A stretch of 64,000 nt of DNA from Octopus vulgaris (GCA_951406725.2 OX597825.1:13888001-13952000); one strand, 5' to 3'. Shown: positions 25,004-40,203, numbered from the stretch's first letter. Notes: generated by a model not told the origin, from the letters alone. A program made the numbers and translations.

Positions 25004-25791
25004 GTAAGTAGACTTATTCAGCAGATTAATATTTGATGCTGATTTGAATGTTCAATTTCTTATTGTTCTCTTCTTTTGTGTTGGTTATGTTATGCTGATG
25101 GCTTCTAAAAAGAATGAAATAGTACTGTACATGATTACCATAGACGAGAAGTTTTTAGGCATTTATAACGGAAAAGCAAAGAGATTGAATATAAGGTGTG
25201 TACGTGTGGTAAGAATCTTAATTACCAACTGCATGGATCTGGGTTCAGTCCTACTGTGTGATACCTAGAGCAAGTGACTTCTTTCACCCTTTCACCTCAG
25301 GCTGACCAAAGCCTTGAGAGTGGAATTGGTAGAAATTGAAAGAAAACTGTCATATATATATATATAAATGAGTGTGTGTGTGTATGTGTGTGTGTGTTTA
25401 TTTCTGCGTTTGTCCCCATCACTGCTTGAGAACTGGGCTACGTGTGTTTACATATAACTTAGTGGTTTGACAAAAAAGATTGATAGAACTGGCTAAAAAA
25501 ATCACTAAAAATATTAAGGTCAATTCAGTCAAGTAAAATTCTTCAAGACACTACCCCAGCATGGCCTCAGTCTATTGAGTGAAACAACTAAAAGATAAAA
25601 GATGTATATTCTATGCATGTTCTTTCTTATTCCTTAATTCCATATTCAATTAATTTGTTTTTGTCTTTTTTGAGAAAAGAATTTATGTTGCTCTTCTCAA
25701 CAATATATATACATATATATATATGTGTATATATATATATATCTGATTTTTTTCCTCTGTCTTCCCTTCTCGGGATCTTTCCTTCTCCTAT

Positions 25792-25826
25792 GTTTCCGAC
25801 GAAGAGCTCCGCTCGAAACGTTAAAC
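25792..25826 (+). ncRNA. Minimal hammerhead-like motif (family B, U4C core variant) in a Penelope-like LTR fragment (~25742-25925)
   Basis: GUUU CCGACGA A GAGC UCC GCUC GAAA CG UU AAAC. The fragment lies between (TA)n tracts. Confidence 0.6.
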
Positions 25827-25920
25827 CCTCCTTCTTCCCTTCTTTCCTGAGCGTCCAATAATACTTTATTTGTTCCACGTTCTCGCGTTGTTGTGTTTTT
25901 TTGTGTTTTCTTGTCTGGAT

Positions 25921-26000
<80 letters not shown>

Positions 26001-26026
26001 AACATATATATATATATTGTGACAAT

Positions 26027-26340
26027 GGCACGTGAAAAACATTCAAGTGAGGTCGTTGCCAGTGCTGCTGGACTGGCTCCTGTGCAGGTAGCACATGAAA
26101 AATACCACTTGAGCATGGCCGTTGCCAGTACCACCTGACTGGCCTTCGTGCCAGTGGCACGTAAAAGCACCCGCTACACTCTCGGAGTGGTTGGCGTTAG
26201 GAAGGGCATCCAGCTGTAGAAACTGCCAGATCAGATTGGAGCCTGGTGCAACCATCTCATTCGCCGGTCCTCAGTCAAATCGTCCAACCCATGCTAGCAT
26301 GGAAAGCAGACGTTAAACGATGATGATGAGGATGATGATG
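26027..26340 (+). mobile_element. S3 SINE-like element
   Basis: Conserved S3 3' half and (GAT)n tail. Confidence 0.8.
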
Positions 26341-27110
26341 ATGATGAGGAGAAGGAGGATATATATATATTATTTTCTGGTTGTCTCCAGTTTCATATTG
26401 TCAATATAGTCACCTTATATTTTCATATGGTAATGTGATCATAATTTGCTCATAAGACATAAATTGTTAATCTCAAAATATTGGTTATTGTTCTTCGTGA
26501 TGCTTAAATGGCATAATACAGGAAATAAATGTACTTGTTCAGCTGAAATATTTCCTATGTACATCTTCTTCATTAAAATTATCAATTTCTCCATCTGTTT
26601 ATCTCCTCTATTTCCATTTCTTTCCTCTCTCTCTCTCTCATTCATGCACAAATACACATACAAAATCATCGTTTGTAGGTTAACGTAAGTACTATGTCGC
26701 TTGGTCAGACACATTTACCATGGAGATATTTATGAATTCTTCACGTGGAACCACATCAACGAAGACTTGCATAAATTACAACGCAAGATGTGTTATAAAA
26801 TGGAATTTAGACAAAACAAGCAATATGAATTATTGGGTCAAATAATTTCGTATTGATCTCTTCTAACCTTAAAATCAAAAGGTCAATATCGGCAACAGCG
26901 ATTAGACACTGGAAATAAGTTTATGCGTTAATTTTACCATCGTATGCAATAGAAGCACCTGAAGACAGATATTTCCATACATAAAAGCAAATTACTCATT
27001 GGAATCGCTCGCCAATAGATCATTGATATACATACATACATATATACATATACATATAAAATATTATTAGAACAAAACCATATACTTAATCAATACATAA
27101 ATTTTAATAA

Positions 27111-27179
<69 letters not shown>

Positions 27180-27180
<1 letters not shown>

Positions 27181-27475
27181 TAGCAGTATCGCCCGGCGTT
27201 GCTCAGGTTTGTTTCAACCCTTTAGAATTGAAATTTTTGAAAAGTAAACAGTTAGCATTATGTAGCTTGTTATTCTCTTTAAGTGAACATTTTTCTGGTT
27301 GAAATACATCGAAAAATGGCGACACAGCAGTCAAAAAATCGGAAAAAATAGGGATTTTTATAGAAAAAAAAGCACCTTTTTGATGTGAATAATTTTTGGT
27401 GTTAGCATGGTCTGATTTGGATTTTTTTTTCTTCAGAAGAAAAACCTGCCATACATAGACAACTTCAGCTTTATA
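27180..27475 (-). mobile_element. Non-autonomous Helitron-like element
   Basis: Minus strand ends with a GC-rich hairpin (CCTGAGCAACGCCGGG), then CGATACTG and CTAG followed by T, which is the Helitron 3' terminus pattern. Confidence 0.6.
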
Positions 27476-27486
27476 CATACATATAA

Positions 27487-27532
<46 letters not shown>

Positions 27533-27618
27533 GTATGTATATATATATATGTATATATATATTAGTGAATTGAAGAAATGGAGTTGAACGAAGATTGAAC
27601 AGAAATCGTTTTATTGCA

Positions 27619-27698
27619 TTCTACACGTGTTTCGAAAGCCACAATTTACCAAATTCCGATTGAATAAGGAGACCATATTGTGTCTTTCTCTTCAGGAA
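27619..27698 (-). ncRNA. Hammerhead ribozyme motif with fully canonical core (family C) in a Penelope-like fragment (~27563-27830)
   Basis: UUC CUGAAGA GAAAG-A-CACAAU...AUUGUG-G-CUUUC GAAA CACGUG UA GAA. It has G10.1-C11.1, a long stem II, palindromic stem III (ACACGUGU) and a GUA site. Confidence 0.8.
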
Positions 27699-27847
27699 GA
27701 AATAGGAAATCCGTTGGCAAAAACAAAAACAGAACAGAGGCGCAGCAAAACAAATCGAACGAGGCTCCTAAGAGCCCATGGTATCGGTTAAACTTTTGAT
27801 TAATCTGCAATAAGATTATTCATCTTTCTATGTATATATATATGTAG

Positions 27848-28671
<824 letters not shown>

Positions 28672-28898
28672 TAGATATAATTCAAAGTAGTAAATGATCA
28701 AAGATGCTCATTTAGAATATTATTTCACTCTAAAGTGACAAGCAGACAGAATCTTTCACACACCAGGCAAAATGTAAAATAGTTAACAGAATTTTGTCTG
28801 TCGTTACGTTCTGAGTTCAAGTTCTTCTGGTGGTTGATGCTTTCAACTTGTCTCCTGCCTGTAAACCGCTGGCTTTGAGCCAAAATTTGATATCATCA

Positions 28899-28934
<36 letters not shown>

Positions 28935-29473
28935 GTTATTACTGGCAGAATCATTAGCACTTTGGGCAAAATACTTAGTGATATTTTGCCCATGGCTTCG
29001 TTCCAAGTTCAAATAATAAGTACCAGTTATGCACTGGGGTGGATATAATCGACTAGCCCCTCTACCAGAATTTCAGCCTTTGTGCCTTTACTAGAAAAGA
29101 TTATTACTATTATCATTATTATTAAAGCAGTGAGCTGGCATTTCTGATGAAATGTTTAGTGGTATTTGCCTGCCGCTATGTTCTGAGTTCATATTCCATC
29201 AAGATCGACTTTGCCTTTAATCCTTTCGGGGTTGATCAAATAAATACCATTAACGTAATACAGTCCATGTAATCGACTTAATCCACTCCCCCAAATTTAA
29301 GGGACATGGTCAACTGGTTAAGCTCAAACAACTGACAAGCAAATCTGTGGTATTGAGTAGAATATTTGCTGTAGCCTATCTTTTATACCAAGACAAATCA
29401 ATGTACATGATAATACTTCCAATCAGTTAAGATCAGAAGCCATGAGAGCCACTGCCTGGTACTGTATCGGGGC

Positions 29474-29584
<111 letters not shown>

Positions 29585-29810
29585 CAAAGCTGGCAGAATT
29601 GCTAGCATGCCAGGTGAAATATTTCATCTGTCACTATATTCTAAGTTCAAATTCCGCCAAGGTCGATGTTGCCTTTCGTCCTTTTGGGGTTCAATAAATT
29701 ATATGCCAGGTGAGCATTGGGGTCAATGTAATCAATTATCTCCCCACCAAAATTTCAGGCCTTGCACCTATAGTAAAAAGGATTTCTATTATTATTACTA
29801 TTATTATTAC

Positions 29811-29871
<61 letters not shown>

Positions 29872-31192
29872 ATGGTTTTACACATTCCTTTTCTGTTTGC
29901 TACCAAACATACCAAAGTTCTGTAGATTTTCTCTCTCTTTTCCTACCTAATGTCATTAATCAACTTGCTTATCTGAAGAATCTTGTCCATAAAATTTTCA
30001 CTTGAACCGTTTTCAATATGGTAGCATTGAATTAACTACAGAATGAATAGAAGACCAAAAATTTTTTTTTTACCATTTTCTTTTTCTCTAGCGTTGAATT
30101 TTGCTTTTACTCTCTTTAAACTATATTTCATGGTTTCTTTACAAAAGAAACTGAAAGCCGGTCTTTTTTTTTTTTATATTTTTAATTTTTAAATTTTATT
30201 TTTATATATTATTTAAAATTTTATTTTTATTGAAAATAAACACAAAAGAATATTTTAAGGAAATCAAACTGAAAAGAATAAAAGAATACAAGAATAAAAG
30301 AATGCTGCATATATATGTATGGATGCCATGTTCTCCACCTTCCTTCCCACTTTAGGCCTTTTTTTTTTATTTGTGGAATTTTGTTATTTTATTTTGTTTT
30401 TCTTCTTCTTTTTCTTTGACATATTACCAAACTATGAAAGCTGCTAAAGAAAAGGTTAAGTGTTGTTTTGCATGCAACAGAATGGATGGTTGAAGCTAAG
30501 CTAAATCTGAATTTTGTACAATGTAACAATGTCAGGTGTATGTGTGGCGGTGTGTGAGTTTCTATGACTAGCAAGGGAGTTTTGTTTTAATTTTGTTAAG
30601 CTTTTTTTTAATTTTTTTAATATGATTTAAAGTATGATGAATGTTCGTTAGAGAGGGTGGAGACGGAAGCTTTTTATTGTGAGAGTATGGTCGGTAGCAT
30701 GAGTGGTGTGATGCGTCTTGATGGTGTGAGAGGGCGTCTGCATATGCTTATATGTTAGTGTTCGTATGCATTTGCATGTCCTATTGGTACGTGTGATAGA
30801 ATAAAAGGTGAAAAAAAAGACAGTTGTTCCCATTGATTATAAAGAAGAATTTTATGGAGTGAATATCAAATGTAAGATATAAGAAGGCCAACAAATGGAG
30901 AGTATGTATATAAGAAAAGAGAAAAGATAGAGAGCAGAGGTACTAGAAAAACACAGACATAAAAAATTAAATCAAGAGGTAGATATACATTAATAGTGAT
31001 GGAGTGGGCAAATACTAAAAGCCTTTGGAATAAACTGTTGAAGGAGAAAACAATAAAGAATAAAAGAAAGCAAGAGAAAAAATATAAACAGATTTTTTAT
31101 ATAAGGGAATGCTTCCAAAAATGATGGCAGAATATGCATGTATGTGTGTGTATGTATGTATATGTATTTACATATATATGTATATGTATATG

Positions 31193-31274
<82 letters not shown>

Positions 31275-31404
31275 TATAAATATCTATGTATATGAATATA
31301 TATACATATATACACATATACCTATATTTAATTTATATATGTATGTATATATATATATATATATACCTATATTGAATTTATATATATATGTATATATATA
31401 TATT

Positions 31405-31437
<33 letters not shown>

Positions 31438-32028
31438 TTATATATATATGTATATATGTATATATTTATATATATATGTATATATATATGTGTATATAGA
31501 TATATATGTGTGTGTGTGTGTGTGTGTCTGTGTGTATACTTATATTTAAATTTTGTGTGTGTATATGTATACCTATATTGAATTTATATAAATGCATACA
31601 CATACAAACTGACATACATATATATGTGTGTGTGTAGATTGATTGATGGATAGATGGATAGATTGATAGATTAGATATATAAATAGAAAGATAGATAGAT
31701 AATGTGGGAAACCAAGAGATGGACAAGAGAAAATATTAAGATATGAGAAAAGAGGTCCTTTGAGTGAAGAGAAACTGTTGCCAAACAACAGTAGGCAGAT
31801 GTGCGTATATTTGTATGTACACACGTAAGCACATACTCTTCATATCTATACACACACATATCCGTCATTCCACACATCTATACACATATCCAAAACATGC
31901 AAGCATTCACACATCTACATATAGTTAGAGCCAAACACACATCATCATACACACAGTCCCACCGTTGCATACACATAACCACATATATCCACACATCCAC
32001 ACAGTCAATCACACACATCCATACTTAT

Positions 32029-32066
<38 letters not shown>

Positions 32067-32749
32067 ACATCCATGAATATATCCAAATACACACCATACT
32101 CCACTCACAATCTCATAAGCAAAAAAAAAAATTGAAGAAAAAACTTTTGTCTTTTGTGTTTTTTCTTCCTCTTATTCTCAGTTTTTTCTTTTGTTTTTTT
32201 TTTATTCTTATGGTTCTCAGAAGAGCATTGAACCTAAAAGTTTTATTAGTCAGAATTAGCATATGATAGAATGGGATAACAGGAAGTGGTGGTGGTGGTG
32301 GTGGTATTGATGATGGTGGGGAGTCAACAGAGATGAAATGGAAAGAGACCATAAATTGAGGAGAATAAAAAAATCATCTTTGAAATTTCGTCACTTTGGA
32401 AGAAAGTGAGAATCTTGAGTAGATTCGTTGGAAATTGTAATAAAGATAGCAATGTAATTAGGCTAAGAAGTTAACTATTCAAGCTTTCAGTATTCTAAAA
32501 ACCAAAAAAAAAAACCAAAAAAAAAAACCCCCAAGAACTGGAATGGTTGGTGGTTGGTGTGTCGGAGAGATGATAATAAAATGGGAGTGGTAATTGTTAT
32601 GAGAATAATGTCTACAATCACATCTATTATCAATGTCAGCATCACTATAAACTGATGAGGAACATACTTAGAAATAACGATCTACAAGATCTTTCTCTTG
32701 TCCATTTTCAAAGAAGGACATAATGCATTACATGGCATATATGTGTGTG

Positions 32750-32786
<37 letters not shown>

Positions 32787-32787
<1 letters not shown>

Positions 32788-33110
32788 GAAGGCACGTGGT
32801 TTAGTGCTTAGGGCATTTGGCTCGTGATCGTAAGGTCGTGAGTTCAATTCCCAGTGACGTGTTGTGTACTTGAGCAAGACACTTTATTTCACGATGCTCC
32901 AGTGCACTCCGTTGGCAAAAAATGAGTAGTACCTGTATTTCAAAGGGCCAGCCTTGTCACACTCTGTGTCATGCTGAATCTCTCTGAGAACTTGCGTTAA
33001 GGGTACATGTGTCTGTGAAGTACTCAGCCATTTGCAAGTTAATTTCATGAGCAAGCTGTTCCTTTGACCATATCAGCTGGGACCCTCGTCGTTGCAACCG
33101 ACGGAATGCT
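32787..33110 (+). mobile_element. tRNA SINE with CORE-like domain
   Basis: A box GGCACGTGGTTTAGTG, B box GAGTTCAATTCC, and TTGAGCAAGACACTTTATTTCAC. Relatives at 38240-38485 (-), 50510-50850 and 59776-60120. Confidence 0.7.
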
Positions 33111-33113
33111 CCC

Positions 33114-33139
<26 letters not shown>

Positions 33140-33144
<5 letters not shown>

Positions 33145-33690
33145 GCTTGAGAAGACCTGTCAAGTCAAGGGAAATCATAGTCATGGCTGATGCAGGTGTC
33201 ACATAACTGGCACTTATGCTGGTGGCACGTAAAGAGCACCTTTTGAGTGTTGGGCCTCACGGAGGCAAAGTGGCTGAGTTCTTTTTCAGCATTGGGCTTC
33301 ATGGAGGCAAAGTGGATGTGTTCCTTTCAAGTGTTGGGCCTCAGGGTGGAAAAATAGCTGGGTTCCTTTTGATCATTGGGCCTCAACAAGGCAAAGTGGT
33401 TGAGTTCCTTTCGAGAGTTGGGCTTCACGGAGGCAATGACTGAGATCTTTGGCCTTATGTCATGCTTGAGAAGAAGACCCATCCAGCTGAGTAAAATTGC
33501 AATCATGACAGATACTGGTGTCATGCAAATGGCACCCGTGCCAGTGGCACATAGAAATACCCATTACACTCTCAGAGTGGTTGGCATTAGGAAGGGCATC
33601 CAGACATAGAAAACCATGCCAAATCAGACTGGAGTCCAGTGCAGCCTTCCAGATTACCAGCCCTGATCAAACCATCCAGCCAATGCCAGG
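33140..33690 (+). mobile_element. S3-related element with ~44-bp internal tandem subrepeats
   Basis: About five TTGGGC(C/T)TCA.GGAGGCAAAGTGG-type units at 33250-33440, then an S3 3' end. Confidence 0.7.
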
Positions 33691-33858
33691 TTATAAAGGG
33701 CATTTTGGGTACTACAATCTGAGATGTGCTGTGTCTGAATAAAAAAAGAACAGGAATAAAGAGTCAAGGATAAAGTTCCTGTGACCAGTCTGTTTGGCCA
33801 GAGTAGACCTAGGGTTAAACAAAGCAACAATAAGAAGTATTTATTGAATAATGTAGCC

Positions 33859-33896
<38 letters not shown>

Positions 33897-34731
33897 GCAT
33901 ATACATGCAAATAAATAATTTATAGAATAGATATGACTGGAATACTTTTGATAATAGGTATGGTCTATATGGGACATCCTGGGGCCACGAGGCATTGGTT
34001 GCATACAAAGTTGAATTAGTTGGACAATAACGAGCAAAGAAGGAAGTAAACGAATTTGGAAACGAATATTAACGATTAGTAGAGTTTAGGGGAGAGAAAA
34101 CTGATTTTTGCAATGAATTAACGAACAGTGTGAAAAGGACTACAAACAGAACCAAAAGAAAAGTGCAGAGTTTTTTTTGCATCGGTTCCATAACAGTTTC
34201 TGACGTTCATTTGAAGTATTCCCATCTTCTCACGTTCCACTTTGAATATGCAGGAAATTTATCAACTGTGTCTAATGCAATAGAGAAAAAGCAAATGGTT
34301 GCATAATTTAGATTGCATATTTATGCAAATGCTTCATATGAATGCGCATGTATGTGCATATGCATGTACAGATGAACTATGATAAACACACATGCGTACA
34401 TGATGAATTTATGTTTGTTTTACACTGGCGCGTTGCACCGGGGGTTAAGGTTTGCGGGTTTGTTTGCGCCACATGAGCTATAACATGTTAAATGCCCTTC
34501 GAAGTCTGTTAGGTTAAAAGCAATTTTTTCTTTTTCTTTTTCTTTTTCTTTCTATGCTTTATTATGAAAATAACATTGCAAGTGTTATTTAAACATGTGG
34601 ACTACATGGTCCTTGGTTCAGTCACTCTGTGTGGTACCATGTGCAACTGTCTTTATTGTCTTTTACCATACACCTGTGCTTGAAGCCTTGTGAGTGGATT
34701 TGGTTGACAGAAACTAATAGGAGCCTGCTGT

Positions 34732-34799
<68 letters not shown>

Positions 34800-34835
34800 T
34801 GTGTGTGTCTGTGTGTGTGTGTCTGTGTGTGTGTA

Positions 34836-35130
34836 GGCGCAATGGCTCAGTGGTTAGGGCAGTGCACTCGTGGTCGGAGCATCGTGGTTTCGATTCCCAG
34901 GCCAGGCATTGTGTGTGTTTATTGAGTGAAAATACCTAAAGCTCCACAAGGCTCTGGCAGGGGGTGGTGGTGACCCCTGTTGTACTCTTTCGTCCCAACT
35001 TTCTCTCACTCTCTTTTCCTGTTTCTTGAGTAACGCTGCGATGGACTGGCACCCCGTCCAGCTGGGGCAGGGAGACACACACACCACAGAAACCGGGTCC
35101 ATGAACCTGGCTAGGCTGGAAAAGAGAGCA
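34836..35130 (+). mobile_element. tRNA-derived SINE
   Basis: Head GGCGCAATGGCTCAGTGGTTAGGG..GGTTTCGATTCCC. A related head is on the minus strand at 48385-48770. Confidence 0.8.
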
Positions 35131-35753
35131 TAAATAAATAATAAATATATGGCATAAAGAAAATGGAGGGGATGCAAAAATGACATACATCAGTCGGTAG
35201 ACATTCTATTTTGTCTATTTATTCCAAAACAAAAAGGAGCATTATAAGAATACACACACATGCAAAGACTGTGTGCGACACAAATATATACCCGTAATAG
35301 TAATAATAGTAATATATGTATTACTATTATTATCATTATTGAGATGCAGCACGGAATTTTGTCAGTGAACAGGTCGCGGATTTTAGCGACGAAAATATTT
35401 TGACAAATTAAACTTAAATGTTGAAGTGAATCGAACGGCTTTTGTGTGTTTCTTAAATGGCTTATAAACACCTTCCACGCTGCAATTGTGTTCGTTTCAG
35501 CACACGATCTCAGATCAAATTACTTGCTATGCGAGTACATCTCCGTAAATCATTATTGTTATTATAAATTAAGGGTATACCACTTTTTACCCCTGCCCAT
35601 ATATGACCTTCGATTGCGAAATTGCCAGGCAATAACTAGCACTTTATGAATAATTGGCCACACTACCAGCAATATATTGGACAGGTACTATCCCTTAGTT
35701 GATTGGCTTCCCAACCTCTAACTCTCACGGAAATATATATGTATGTATGTGTG

Positions 35754-35794
<41 letters not shown>

Positions 35795-35881
35795 AATCCA
35801 AACGGGAAAACAAAAAAACAACAACAATGGAACAATTACAGTATTATTATTAATAGGCGCTCAGGAAATGGAAGCAGGAAG

Positions 35882-35916
35882 GTATGACGTTTCGAGTGGA
35901 GCTCTTCGTCGGAAAC
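35882..35916 (-). ncRNA. Minimal hammerhead-like motif (family B) in a Penelope-like fragment
   Basis: GUUU CCGACGA A GAGC UCC ACUC GAAA CG UC AUAC, with a GUC site. Flanks are homologous to 25742-25925. Confidence 0.55.
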
Positions 35917-36224
35917 ATAAAGAAGGAAGAGAGAGGAAAGAAAGATCCCAAAGCGGGCAACAGGAGATAGAGAAAAAAACGACTGGTGTTTACGAGTTAC
36001 ACATGGTGAAAGGCGGAAGTTTACGATAACAAGAGCAAAGTAGGTTTTTAAAGCCAAAAAGTGGAGACAAGGTTGGTAACGCAGCAGATGTGTGTGTATG
36101 TGTGAGTGTGTGCGTGTGCGTGTGTGTATGTGTGTGTGTGAGGCGAGATAAAAAAACAAAAAATATATGTATGTGTTAGTGTGTGCGTCTGTGTGTAGGC
36201 GTGTGAGGTAGGGCGAGACAGTAG

Positions 36225-36268
<44 letters not shown>

Positions 36269-36271
36269 AGA

Positions 36272-36309
<38 letters not shown>

Positions 36310-39300
36310 GAATATGTATGTATGTGTGTGTGTGTATAATGCATGCATGTATATATACAGGGTGACCCCAAAAAAATAGAACCCATAAAAATTTTATTTA
36401 ATCCTACAAAGGTCCAGCAAATTTCAAGAACTCCCATTTCTAGCATGATGGAAAACCACTTAGTGGCTTTACTTCAGTGTCTAAATCTTATCTAAACATA
36501 TATAATATAATAATATTTGTAGTTGATGGATATTTTTACTCATGCTGGCCACTGGTAAAAAATTAATATTTAATTTTTACCCTATCATCATCATCATCGT
36601 TTAACGTCCGTTCTCCATGCTAGCATGGGTTGGACGGTTCGACCGGGGATCTGGGAAGCCAGAAGGCTGCCCCAGGCTCTGGTCTTATCTGGCAATGTTT
36701 CTACAGCTGGATGCCCTTCCTAACGCCAACCACTCCGTGAGTGTAGTGGTGAATTTTACGTGCCACCTGCACGGAAGCCAGTCGAGGCGGCACTGGCTTC
36801 GGCCACGATTCGGATGGTGCTTTTTACATGCCACCATATATATATATATACATATACATACATACACACATATATACAGTAGACATTAGTAACAGAAGCA
36901 GTATTAATATGAAAAGCAGTCAAATTACTGTAATATGTAGAAGATATGCATGTGTTTGTGTGTGTGTTTGTGTGTGTGTTTGTGTGTCTGTGTGTGTGTG
37001 TGTGTGTGTTTTTAAATCAGTCATGACATTAAGAAGGTTATAATCTGGTTATATTCTGATACACACACAAGTATGCACATACATACATACATATATACAT
37101 ACACACACGCACACACATACATTCATACATACATACACACACGTGTGCATTGTATGTGTGTATGAGAGAGATAGAATACAAATCAATCATTTTAGCCAAA
37201 ATAAATTATCGAAATTATGTTGCAGATACTGAAGGAAATAAAAACTTCTAAATTGGTGAATCATTAAAGAGAATTAATTCAATAATTTCTACTAAAATAC
37301 CATTGTCGTTAGTAGAATCCCATTCTATATTTTCGCATCTTTGCTTTCAAATATGTTGTCTCTTTCGTTTTGTTTCTTTCGATGCTGATTTTTCTGCCAG
37401 CTTCAGCATAAAACATTGCTGTCTGGAATCAAGGTTATTTGAATAATTCCTTTATTGTTTATTAGTGGTCTGATAATGGACACTCCCACACTCGTAGAAA
37501 AGACAAAAGAAATTATTGTTGTTGTTATTATTTCTGAAGCCTTCGGAATTAATTAAAGACGTCTACTAATGCTATTCCTATCCTGTTTGAATGTAATTTG
37601 ATGTCCTTGAATTATAGAGAAAAAAAAAAAAAGAAAGAAAAAGAAAAAAAAAGAAGAAAAAGAAATAAAAGACAGTCTGGAAATTGATTTGATTGGAATT
37701 TTGGAAATTTAAAATAAAAGTCTAATATTGGTTTTTCTTCCTTCCTTCCCATTGGCTGCATCCCTTTATTTTTATCCCTTTATTTTTATCCCTGCTATTT
37801 CCATGCTATGTTTGAAACAATGGTCCACCTATATTACAATTTGAAATGATGTCTGGTATTCTGTCAGTTACGACAATGAGAGTTCCAGATTCTTCCGATC
37901 AATGGAACGGGTCGCTTGCAAAATTAATGTGCATCTTTCCAGGAGTCGATAAAAGAATGTAGCAGTTGAAAACTGGGGTCAGGGTAATTGACTTACCCCT
38001 TTCTATGAAATTGTGGGCCGCATACCAAAATTTGAAATCAATATTTGTGTTCAAATAAGATGGTGAGCTGGCAGAATGGTCAACACACTGGACAAAATGT
38101 TTAGTGACATCTTGTCTGTCGTTGCGTTCTCAGTTCAAATCCCACCAAGTTTGACTTTGGCTTTTTTGTTTGTCTTTGTGTTCTGAGTTCAAATTCTGCT
38201 GCGGTTGGTTTTCCCTTTCATCCTTTTATAAATAAATGTGCCCTTTTAAAGCCTAGCCAGGCTCATGAGCCCAGTTTCCCAGTTTCTATGGTGTATGTGT
38301 TCCTCAGCTGGACGGGACGCCAGTCCATTGCAGCGTTACTCACTTTTACCAGATGAGTGGACTGGAGCAATGTGAAATGAAGTGTTTTGCTCAAGAACAC
38401 AATGTGTTGCCCGGTCCAGGAATCGAAACCACAATCTTACGATCATGATGCTGACACCCTAACCACTAAGCCACGTGCCTCCACACCTTTCATCCTTTTG
38501 GGACTCAATAAAAAACATAGCAGTCGAAAACTTGAGTCATGGTCATTGATTCATCCCCTCCCCTGAAATAGCTGGCCTTGAAACTAATATATGAGTTCAA
38601 ATATTTATTTTGTATCCATTTACGATTTTGATTTAAATATTTGCAAAGTGGCCCTGGAATTTAACTTAAGCTGATCAAGTCAGAGGGAGAGAAATGAGAG
38701 GCATCATAGCTGCAATAGCCATCTTCTTTACTTTCATTTAAATCTACCATCCAAACACACATCGACAAACATCTAAGCTAGATTATGTATTTGTCCGAAA
38801 TCTTTACTGCAGATCAATAAATTTCCTTACGTGTTTATCGAGGATTTCTCTCTATACATCATATTCACCATGTAATATATATTCCTCTCAGTATATACTA
38901 AAATATCGCGGTATAAATGATTAAATCAATCATAACCTACTTTCAATGGCAGACACTTTAGACTATTCCGTGACAGCATTATATGGATCGCAGGAGAAGG
39001 AGATATTTGACAAGAACGTACAATGAAGAAACAAATTTACTTCCTTGTCAAGACTGACTTTATATAAAGCAACTTTTTATCCTTCCCTATTGACATTTAA
39101 TCTAATAAATGCCAGTTGATCATTTGCAGGTTTAAACTTTCATTTCAAGCCTCTTCCATTTTCTTTCCGTACGCATAGTGCTTTCCTCTCTCAATCTGTT
39201 CAATCTAATTGATTCCCGACATTATTCAAATGCAATCACAGAAAATATTGTTTATTTGTTTACGTATGCTTTATTATACATGTACATATACATACATACA

Positions 39301-40144
39301 TACATATATATATATAAACATGCACATAGATATATATATATGAGTGTTTGCATGTGTATATATATATATATATGTGTATATATATATATTTATACATATA
39401 TATATGTATACACATATATATATATGTATATATACATATATGTTTATATATATGTATATATATATATGTATATAAAGCGACGTTACCAATGTCGCCTTAC
39501 TGGCACCTGTGCCAGTGGCATGTGTAAAAAGATTCGAGCGAGGTCATTGCCAGTACCACCTGACTGGCCCCATGCCGGTGGCATGTAAAAAGCACCCACT
39601 ACACCCTCGGAGTGGTTGGCATTAGGAAGGGCATCCAGCAGTAGAAACTCTGCCAGATCAAGATTGGAGCCTGATGCAGCTGTCTGGTTCGCCAGCCCTC
39701 AGTCAAAATCGTCCAACCCATACTAGCATGGAAGGCGGACAATAAACGATGATGATGATGATATATATATATATCTATGTATTTCCATGCTGGTGGCACG
39801 TAAAAGGCACCATTCGAGCATGATCATCACCTGCGTGGCCTTACTGGCACTTGTGCCGGTGCCACGGGAAAAAGTGTTCGAGTGAGGTTGTTACCATTGT
39901 CACTGGACTGGGTCCTGTGCAGGTGGAACATAAAAAACACCATTTGAGATGGCTGTTGCCAGTACTGCCTGACTGGCCCTCATGCTGGTGGCACATAAAA
40001 GAACCCACTACACTCTCGGAGTGGTTGGAGCCTGGTGCAGCCATCTGGTTCGCCAGACCTCAGTCAAATCGTCCAACCCATGCTAGCATGGAAAGCATAC
40101 CTTAAACAATGAAGAAAGAAAGATTTCAAATATACATACACTTA

Positions 40145-40186
<42 letters not shown>

Positions 40187-40203
40187 TGCATGTGTGTGTG
40201 TGA

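Noticed and set aside
35340-35547. Possible DNA-transposon end (…GCGAGTACATCTCCGTA); similar single ends at ~36357 and ~52573
   Set aside because: No partner TIR or TSD was found in the window, so these were not called as features.
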